Shown piece by piece: positions 57,118 to 64,000 of a stretch of 64,000 nucleotides of DNA. The translations under genes were made by a program, and so were the position numbers. Source of the DNA: a virus; the IMG/VR virus record IMGVR_UViG_3300005329_000002, positions 2,670-66,669 of that record, one strand, 5' to 3'. How positions within the stretch are numbered: position 1 is the first letter of the stretch; each line of letters opens with the position of its first letter. The notes under the pieces are model-generated. The model was not told the origin of the DNA. It saw only the letters and a program-made list of their open reading frames with translations, and made no database searches.

Positions 57118-58164
57118 TTATGCTACCTCCCTCTGTGGTCTGACATTCGGGTAACGTGCAAAGAACTTTGAAATTGGCATTGCTCTTTCAAGCGCCCGGT
57201 GAACCTCCCTTCTCGTCAAGTCTGTCGGCTGCTCTTTCCCCTTCGGATATCGAACAACGAAGAGGGGATACTTGCGAAGCCTTCTAGCAGCAATTGAAAT
57301 GTTCTTGATACCTGCCGAGTCCTTGTCAAACATGAGGTAAATTCTCGGCGGCCGTAGTCTCGCGACGATACGAGATTGATCCACCGATATTCCGGTGCCC
57401 AAAATGGCCCCCGCTGTTGAAATTCCTTGCTGCCTGAGCCAGATGACACTGAAACTCCCTTCGACTAGGACTAGACCGTGTGATCTTACCATCCCTGGGT
57501 CTATTTGGCAAGCCCCAAATAGCAGGGAAGTCTTGGGAAAACCCTCGGTATAGAGATACTTCGGCCAGTCCTGCTCGCGCACTGCCCTTTTGATTAGAAA
57601 GCGAACGTGGCCATTCTGATCCTCGGCTGGAATTACAATGCGTCGTTCCTCTACGTCCCATCCCATTTTCCAGAACGAGATAGATTCCGATGTAATTCCT
57701 CGACCCTCTAGGTATTCGAGTCCGAGTTGCGGAACGAACGTAGCATATGCCAAGTCTGGAACAGTTGTAATTGGTTCGGATTGGGTATCTCGACGTGCGG
57801 GTGAGCTACCAAGAGCACCGCTCGACGCCGCACGGAGGATAATCTTGCGAGCATCCTTTCGCGCTCGCTGTAATCGTCTCTTGCGTTCGCGTTCATCTGT
57901 TGCATCCTCCACCTTGTATTTCTCATACAGACCGTGAACCACACAAAGAGCATGCTCAAAGTTGCCTGAAATTCCACAGTAAGCAAAGCAGTGAACTAGC
58001 CCTCGTGCGATGTTGATTTGAAAATGCCGCTTGGTGGTGTCATGGTTCGGGTTGGGACACTGCACCTTCGGCAAGAAATGTCCATCGATCTGTAGGTTCG
58101 CCGGGAAGTCAACGTAATTCTCCCACAGACGAACAGGGTCTATTTCCCGCCCTCTGTATTTCAT
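57118..58164 (-). CDS. DNA primase (Zn-binding + TOPRIM)
   Basis: CPNPNH..CFAYC, YLEGRGI, PKYL, LVLVEG, LMFDKDSAG. Confidence 0.85.
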   Translation of the reverse strand: MKYRGREIDPVRLWENYVDFPANLQIDGHFLPKVQCPNPNHDTTKRHFQINIARGLVHCFAYCGISGNFEHALCVVHGLYEKYKVEDATDERERKRRLQRARKDARKIILRAASSGALGSSPARRDTQSEPITTVPDLAYATFVPQLGLEYLEGRGITSESISFWKMGWDVEERRIVIPAEDQNGHVRFLIKRAVREQDWPKYLYTEGFPKTSLLFGACQIDPGMVRSHGLVLVEGSFSVIWLRQQGISTAGAILGTGISVDQSRIVARLRPPRIYLMFDKDSAGIKNISIAARRLRKYPLFVVRYPKGKEQPTDLTRREVHRALERAMPISKFFARYPNVRPQREVA

Positions 58165-58433
58165 TCTTTCTCCAACTGCTCGATCTTGCGTCCGATATAC
58201 CAATGAGCCTTTTTCAAGTCCTCTAGTCTGTCCGTTCCCTTGAGGTCGTTCTGGAAGCGCACCATGTATTTGATCGCGTTCCCCAAGTGAAATCCGAAAT
58301 TCCATGCCTCAATGAACTTGATCGGCTCGTGTGGCACGTCGCCGCCGTAGTGCGCCGGATGGTTAACATTTTCAACTTTGCCATCTAGCTCTTGTTCAAA
58401 CAGCCGAGCCTCGTTCTCGTCAACTACGGGCAT
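58161..58433 (-). CDS. DUF3310 (T7 gp1.7-like) protein
   Basis: VNHPAHY, FHLGNAIKY..R, EDLKKAHWY. Confidence 0.88.
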   Translation of the reverse strand: MPVVDENEARLFEQELDGKVENVNHPAHYGGDVPHEPIKFIEAWNFGFHLGNAIKYMVRFQNDLKGTDRLEDLKKAHWYIGRKIEQLEKE

Positions 58434-59375
58434 TTTCAATCCGCCTTCGGCAACCGCTCTTGTCCTTGCAATGCATTTTGAAATCCAAGTCCTTCTCCGA
58501 AGCTGTCTTGAACCCGCATTTCTTACACATTGAAGGTGCTTCCCTCTACCCGATTTCCGTTCCTGCGCGTAATTGACTCTATCGAGTTCAGCACTGAATC
58601 CAGCGCTGCATGAAAAGAGCAACCCTCTTGCGCCGCAAGCAGCCGCGCAGAAGCAATTGCACCTTCAGGGATCGGCTTGGTTCTCTGATCTGGAATTTCA
58701 GAAGGCTTGGGCTCAGCGTTCATCCATTCCTCGCCAGTCAGCCCACCGTAAGGTCGGATCGTCTGGCCCTTTGAGCCTTTCATTTCACGCGGCAAGAACT
58801 CGGGCCGTCCGCGTCCTGTAATTGGAGGATACGCGGCGTCACCCTCGCTCATCGGTCTGCCCTTCATCGTCCGGCATGAAATAGACCGAGTGATGCCCTT
58901 GCGCGTTGTACGGCGTCGAAACAAACCGCAATTCCCCTTGGCGATCATTTCCCTCGTCGTCCGTAAGTACCAATTTCAGTTTCAGGGGAACCTCGATTGA
59001 TTGCGGCTTAGCCTTCATGGTCGTCCTCTTTGATATGAACGCTCTTGATCTGCGTCTCGCCCTTGACCCCATGCTCGCTGAGAATCGTCGGGCCTTTCTC
59101 GGGCCTAGGTGCGCCCTTGATTTCAACTCCCTTTGGTCGCCCTGGCTTTCCGGTCAACTGCTTGACTACTCTCGATTTGTCGCTTTGGTTAGTCAAAGGA
59201 CATTTCCTCCTTAATTTCAACCTCCGCGCCTGGGAAGCTGTGATAAGCATGGTCAACGAGGTATTGGGCGCTACTCCACCCCTCTTTGCTGGAATCGACA
59301 ATGCGACCTTGAGAGTACGCTCGCCATTGAAATCTTCCAGCGTGATCCTCAAAAATCAGAACACGATCTACAATT

Positions 59376-60719
59376 TCAGTCGTCGCCATCAGCATCAGCC
59401 TCCCTCAAAGCTGCTCGTAGTTCCTTTGCCTTTTCAGGATCGTAGCCATTGAGGTAGTCGCCCTTAACAGGCGTAATGTCCTCCATCTTTCCGACATTAG
59501 GCCAGAAGCTAATTTCAAATTTGAACGTTTCCCCGCTACGGTTCTTGTCGCAGTTGAGCCGCATGAGTCGTTCATCCTTGAAATGCTTGACCCCAATTAC
59601 ACAATCCCCCTCCTGCACGGGGCTGTCACTGCCGAAGCTCGACTCTTTCGACGGTGCCATTCCTCGCGATCCCACCATTGCCCGGTTCGCTTGGTTGCTC
59701 ATTACGAGCGGAATGTTGAAGCCCATTGCAATTTCCTGAAGGCTGTCAACGATATCCCCAAGCTCTTCGTGCCGTAGCTGTCTGCGCCTCGGTGAGCGCA
59801 ACTTGTAGATCGGGTCGATAATTACAAGATCGAGTCCCAAGTCCTCGACCCTCGACTCGATGTAGCTCGGTGACATTTTCTGCCGCCGATACTTCTGAGT
59901 GAACAGAGCAATTTCACCCTCAAGCTCGCGGTCGCAGTATTCCAAGAACCGCTTGTATTTCTTTATGTTGTATCCGTAGCCGTCTTTCAGCGCTCGGTTG
60001 CGGAATGCTCCCGTCAATCCGCAGGCTTCCTGAATTTCTTTATGCGATGAGAGCAACGTCGCAAACCGACAGCGGTGCATGCGCTCGGTCATTTCAGGAC
60101 TGAAAAAGCCGACACGCGCACCTTGAAGCATTGCCTCGACCGCGAACTTCGCATTGAGGAATGACTTGGCATCGCCCGGTCGCCCGAGGACAACGTAGGT
60201 TGTCGCTGGTTGTAGTCCGCCCCAATGGTGATCGAGATTCTTCAGCCCGGTTGAAATTCCAACTGTCTCACCACTGGCACGACGCTCAGCGATTTCCTTC
60301 TGCTCTGCTAAATGGGAACTGAAATCGGCCTTGATAAGAACGTCACTGACAGGCGAGTAGCTACGCACAGCAGCCCCCAACTGCTCGCGCAACTGAATCG
60401 CTTTTGGAATCGCGTTCTCAGTGGAAAGATCGGCAAGCACTTCATCGATCCCTCCTGAAATTGCGAGGAACGCTCTTTCGGCCTTTAGCTCTTCGATCAG
60501 ATCATCGATCTTCTCGGCGGGCATGATGTATTCGAACTCTGGAAAATGCTTCTTGAAAAGTCTCGGTGTGATCGGCTTCCGATTCTCTGCTCGACGCACG
60601 ATCCACTTGAACTCATCATCGTGCATTTCGAAGTCCTCTTCTGAAATTCCTTGTTGGAACGCCTTCTTAGGACTTCCCTCGTCAACGAGCGCGGCGATCA
60701 GAAAAGCTTCAACGCTCAT
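59376..60719 (-). CDS. dnaB: DnaB-like replicative helicase
   Basis: ISTGL..LD...GG, GRPGDAKS, FSPEM, IIDPIY, NQANR, KNRSGE. Confidence 0.92.
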   Translation of the reverse strand: MSVEAFLIAALVDEGSPKKAFQQGISEEDFEMHDDEFKWIVRRAENRKPITPRLFKKHFPEFEYIMPAEKIDDLIEELKAERAFLAISGGIDEVLADLSTENAIPKAIQLREQLGAAVRSYSPVSDVLIKADFSSHLAEQKEIAERRASGETVGISTGLKNLDHHWGGLQPATTYVVLGRPGDAKSFLNAKFAVEAMLQGARVGFFSPEMTERMHRCRFATLLSSHKEIQEACGLTGAFRNRALKDGYGYNIKKYKRFLEYCDRELEGEIALFTQKYRRQKMSPSYIESRVEDLGLDLVIIDPIYKLRSPRRRQLRHEELGDIVDSLQEIAMGFNIPLVMSNQANRAMVGSRGMAPSKESSFGSDSPVQEGDCVIGVKHFKDERLMRLNCDKNRSGETFKFEISFWPNVGKMEDITPVKGDYLNGYDPEKAKELRAALREADADGDD

Positions 60720-61318
60720 GGCGCAATCCCCGGTTGAAATTCGTAGTCGTCCGTGGGAATACTCAGAGCAAAAGCAATCTGTTCAAGATACCATTGCTTG
60801 TGGTGAGCGCCATCAGTCGTTAGCGCGTCCTCGATCAGCTTGTCCAGCTTCTCAACTTCTTGCGAGTTCAATGAAATTCCTGAGTCAACGGACACGGCCA
60901 TGCCTCCGTCGCACTTTGTTACCTCTGCGCACCGCCGCTTTTGCCTCTCGTTTTGAAATCCCTCGGGCCGCTCTTTCTTGTCGCCATTTTGACCGAAGGA
61001 CTTTCTCAATGTCTGACTTCATAAATTACCCCCTTTCTCTCGGACTCTCATACCCCGGTAGCGCTAGCCCTACCCCTAAAGGGGTAGTAGGGCGTTAGAC
61101 CGCTTACCCCAAAAATCAACTGCAAAACTTTTTCTGGCACAGCGTTCCTCCCAATTTTTGAGTGAAATTCCTTTTCTGTCTTTTCAGGCTTTATCTCAGT
61201 GCCCTCTCTGATTAGTGTGGAGGGAATTTCAATTATTACTCTGCTGAGACAAAGCTTGAAATTCCCTCCACTCCGACAGAAAGGGATTCCCTGAACCGGG
61301 AACGCCTGACTTCGCAGG

Positions 61319-61347
61319 ATAGTAGCGTCTCTGTGCGCCTTCGTCAA
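61319..61347 (-). promoter_or_regulatory. promoter of replication operon
   Basis: TTGACG-17-TACTAT. Confidence 0.6.
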
Positions 61348-61441
61348 GCTCCTGAGAGCGTTTCTGACGGCTTTCCAGCACCTACATGAAGAAAGAGCTA
61401 GGATGATCGTCCTCCGGGCTTAGAACGGCTCTGAGAAAGTG

Positions 61442-61489
61442 GACGGGGGAGAGCGACCGAAGGGCGGGCTTGCGGCTCTCTCCCCCGTC
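61442..61489 (-). terminator. hairpin ending lysis cassette
   Basis: GACGGGGGGAGAG / CTCTCTCCCCCGTC. Confidence 0.55.
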
Positions 61490-61522
61490 TGCTAGTCGGA
61501 CGAACCGACTAACCTTTTGAAA

Positions 61523-61654
61523 TTAATGTCTGTGTCCGCCGTCCCACCACGATCCGAGAACGTGATCGCCGAAACCGCCATCGGACATTCCGGCAAGCAG
61601 CGCTGCAATTACAATCATCGCTGCCAGGATCAGCAAGAACGTTTTCAACTTCAT
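61523..61654 (-). CDS. small membrane peptide (43 aa)
   Basis: MKLKTFLLILAAMIVIAALLAG...; ATGA overlap. Confidence 0.5.
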   Translation of the reverse strand: MKLKTFLLILAAMIVIAALLAGMSDGGFGDHVLGSWWDGGHRH

Positions 61655-62082
61655 TGATTCACCCCCTTTACTGGCATCGTCACGGGCACGTCGCCTGTTG
61701 GTGCAGGCAACTCATCCCCCGCGATAAATGCGGGAATTGGCAAACTTGGAACAAGCTCGTGGAGGCTGTTGAGAATCGAGCCGACCATTGCTAGCAAGAA
61801 AATTGAAAATGCTAGTCCGGCAAGCAAACCAAAGTCTGCGCCGGGGATCGGAACGAATTCCTCATTGCCCGCAATCAGGGCCAACGCATAAAGCCCGAAA
61901 TACGGAACCAGCTTCCCGAGAACGTCACGCCGCAAAATGTCTGCGACGTAGCTCATGCGGAAGGACTTCGTTACAAAGACCGCCGCTGAAACTCCAAGAA
62001 TGAAATCGACAACGAAGAGCGCGAGCAAGATATGGCTCTTCGTGTCATGCGCGAATGCGTTCAACCATGCTCCCAATTTCAA
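61651..62082 (-). CDS. holin-like membrane protein
   Basis: 3 TM; LFVVDFILGVSAA..SILNSLHEL (holin-4-like). Confidence 0.7.
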   Translation of the reverse strand: MKLGAWLNAFAHDTKSHILLALFVVDFILGVSAAVFVTKSFRMSYVADILRRDVLGKLVPYFGLYALALIAGNEEFVPIPGADFGLLAGLAFSIFLLAMVGSILNSLHELVPSLPIPAFIAGDELPAPTGDVPVTMPVKGVNQ

Positions 62083-62086
62083 CCTC

Positions 62087-62686
62087 CTAGATTAGACCGC
62101 AATATCGAGCGGTGTTTGGCCAAGGGTAGAAACCTCGACCGCTGTAGTACGCCCTTTCTGCGGCTCGCAACTGCGCCCACACTGGCCAGACATTTGCGTA
62201 GCCGTGAAAAGCGCGAATGAAATCCGAGCCGTAGGAACTCATAAAGCCCCGATCCATCTGAAGTCCTCCCCAAAACGGATCGCCCGCGTCCTGCCAACTG
62301 CCTTCGTAGCTGTGAATGCAGGCCCACTTGGAGTAAGTCCTTGCGTACCACGTCTGAAATTGAGCCTTCGCGATGTGCGCTTTCTTCCTCGATTGCACGG
62401 CCAAGTATGTGAGAAAACCGCACGAGTGCTTCGGCTTCCACTTTGAAAATCGGGTAGGGGAAGTCCCGGCTGCCCAATCCCAATACCATGCGGACGCCCG
62501 GTAGAACCGAATCCCTTTTACGATTTTCCATTTGTTGCACGTCTCTTCTTTTTTCACCTTTGTTGGGACTTGAATTGCAGAAGTGCTAACTGTCTTTTCT
62601 GCGTTCGCTGTCTTTGTCCCGCTTACTGCCACTGAAATTAAGACCCCTGCTAGGCATAGGGCGGTTAGTACGGCAGCTTGTCGCAA
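62087..62686 (-). CDS. secreted Rpf-like transglycosylase
   Basis: Signal/anchor; WACIHSYEGSW...GGLQM...AQLRAAER...WPNTA..C. Confidence 0.8.
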   Translation of the reverse strand: MRQAAVLTALCLAGVLISVAVSGTKTANAEKTVSTSAIQVPTKVKKEETCNKWKIVKGIRFYRASAWYWDWAAGTSPTRFSKWKPKHSCGFLTYLAVQSRKKAHIAKAQFQTWYARTYSKWACIHSYEGSWQDAGDPFWGGLQMDRGFMSSYGSDFIRAFHGYANVWPVWAQLRAAERAYYSGRGFYPWPNTARYCGLI

Positions 62687-62750
62687 TTTGAAATCTCCTT
62701 GGTAGCTTACTAGGCGCGGCTACGATCAGCCGTGGAGCTAGTTGTTAATT

Positions 62751-62993
62751 TCAACCTCCATTCTCTAGGTTTCGTTTCATGCGGCATTCTACTCTAGCAG
62801 CCTGCCAAGCAGCCAACTGTCCGAGCGCCGCCGCCGCTATCGAGATAAAGATGAGGTACGAAACGGAGTCCTTCAAGTTCTGCTTCCAGAGGTACACAAG
62901 TGGAAATTGAAGGAACCATGCGACTGTTGCAACTCCATTCATCCAGAGCCAGAATTCCGGCTCATTGAGAAATTCAAGCTTGAACATGCGCAC
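62751..62993 (-). CDS. membrane protein (2 TM)
   Basis: Hydrophobic ORF in lysis cluster. Confidence 0.55.
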   Translation of the reverse strand: MRMFKLEFLNEPEFWLWMNGVATVAWFLQFPLVYLWKQNLKDSVSYLIFISIAAAALGQLAAWQAARVECRMKRNLENGG

Positions 62994-63029
62994 CGATATC
63001 GGTGAGGTATTGCTTCAACCTCACTAATT

Positions 63030-63437
63030 TCATGGTTGCCTCTCTTCAGCCAGCCTCTTGCGAACGTACCATGCGTAGCACGTTTTCACTACGACGAGCA
63101 AAGAGGCCGTGAGCAGCCCCCACCGTGCAACTGCGTCACGTACCTGATTTCCAAGCCCCACTGATGGAGGCGGATCAGCAAGCGTCATTGAAATAAGGCC
63201 GAGGTAAATGAAAACCAACTGTAAGTACGCTCGACCTGATTCAGTAAGAACCGCGACCTTGGCCAGATACCAAATTCCGTTTGGTTGCCCTCCGGCTTTG
63301 ATTCGATCCTTTTCGAACTTGTAATCGCTGATAACCCCGACAAGATTTGCGATAGCGAAACAAAAACCAATAATCGCTATCATCGTCCAGACAATTTCAA
63401 AGTCGGAGACGGTTCCGTATCCGGCCTCTAGAATCAT
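63030..63437 (-). CDS. membrane protein (3 TM)
   Basis: Hydrophobic ORF; GGAGGGG RBS. Confidence 0.65.
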   Translation of the reverse strand: MILEAGYGTVSDFEIVWTMIAIIGFCFAIANLVGVISDYKFEKDRIKAGGQPNGIWYLAKVAVLTESGRAYLQLVFIYLGLISMTLADPPPSVGLGNQVRDAVARWGLLTASLLVVVKTCYAWYVRKRLAEERQP

Positions 63438-63589
63438 GCGTTAGCCCCTCCTGTCCGTCTTGTAATTAGCTGGTACTGCTTCTTGAGAATCGTAACTCGT
63501 TTTTCAACTTCGAACTGCCGCTTCTTCATTTCTTCAATTTCTTTCTCGTTGTCCGTGACGCGCTTTTCCAAGCCCTTCTTTTCACTCAT
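63434..63589 (-). CDS. small coiled-coil protein (51 aa)
   Basis: MSEKKGLEKRVTDNEKEIEEMKK...; overlaps both neighbours. Confidence 0.55.
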   Translation of the reverse strand: MSEKKGLEKRVTDNEKEIEEMKKRQFEVEKRVTILKKQYQLITRRTGGANA

Positions 63590-63890
63590 GTTGAGCTTCC
63601 TCCCTCAGCACTTTATTGCGATCCGCAAGCCCTTGGTTGCTGCCTGCAAGATGTTCGCCGACAGTGGCGGAAGCCTCTGCTGTACGAATCGACTTCCACG
63701 CAATTTCTTTGAACTCCGCTTCTCGTGCGAGGCAAGCTCGATGTTCGCGTCCGAAAACCCACCACGGGTCTTTCTTCGATCCACCGTAGAGAATTGCAAT
63801 CAGGATCGCGACTACACCTGCTTTTGAAATGTAATCGAGCAGCGTAAGACTATCGTTAGCAGCGGCGAGTATCAATGTGACTCGATCCAT
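63582..63890 (-). CDS. membrane protein, holin-like
   Basis: One TM then WWVFGREH..W, as in actinophage lysis-region proteins. Confidence 0.6.
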   Translation of the reverse strand: MDRVTLILAAANDSLTLLDYISKAGVVAILIAILYGGSKKDPWWVFGREHRACLAREAEFKEIAWKSIRTAEASATVGEHLAGSNQGLADRNKVLREEAQHE

Positions 63891-64000
63891 TTCCCACACG
63901 CATCCCAAAACCACGTCGGCTTAGGTGACGGGCCAGAGAGTCCTGTGAATTGTCCTGAAATCCATTCGCCGCACGCATCCCAAAACCATGCGGGCTTAGG
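63872..64000 (-). CDS. C-terminus of probable endolysin with tandem PKPxWFWDACGxWI repeats (partial)
   Basis: Hand translation PKPAWFWDACGEWISGQFTGLSGPSPKPTWFWDACGKWIESH*; upstream of holin-like genes. Confidence 0.5.
   Translation of the reverse strand, partial: PKPAWFWDACGEWISGQFTGLSGPSPKPTWFWDACGKWIESH

Noticed and set aside
63897-64000. CRISPR-like repeat pair at window end
   Set aside because: The 75 nt period is in frame and is explained as a protein repeat.
1-64000. tRNA genes, integrase, DGR/retron
   Set aside because: No cloverleaf, recombinase or reverse transcriptase motifs found by eye; a tRNAscan/HMM run would be needed to exclude them fully.

Overview
Nearly complete genome of a contractile-tailed (myovirus-like) dsDNA phage, probably of an actinobacterial host (inferred from AGAAAGG Shine-Dalgarno sites, an Rpf-like enzyme and a leaderless gene). 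Almost all genes are on the minus strand. From left to right: baseplate/tail/head/portal/terminase (1-27.3 kb), small accessory genes (27.4-31.5 kb), a CTAG-rich non-coding gap, a single plus-strand operon (33.2-36.3 kb; MoxR-like AAA+ ATPase, vWA-like partner and three small genes), promoter-dense early genes (37-47.6 kb), recombination/replication genes (RuvC-like, SF2 helicase, Cas4-like nuclease, RecA, DnaE, HU, gp32-like SSB, primase, DnaB) and a lysis cassette cut by the right edge. No integrase, tRNA, CRISPR array or reverse transcriptase was seen. The most striking feature is the plus-strand operon. Each gene block is enclosed by its own 27-32 bp long-range inverted repeat, the mismatches are mostly G-U, and the stems abut each other between a structured leader and trailer, like a pre-rRNA in which mRNAs sit in the loops of processing stems. 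Also found: strong over-representation of TGWAATT, a -1 frameshift in the tail chaperone, a short-repeat-delimited mini-module array, and a thermonuclease stump overlapping a NADAR gene. Product calls come from motifs and synteny read by eye, not database searches.
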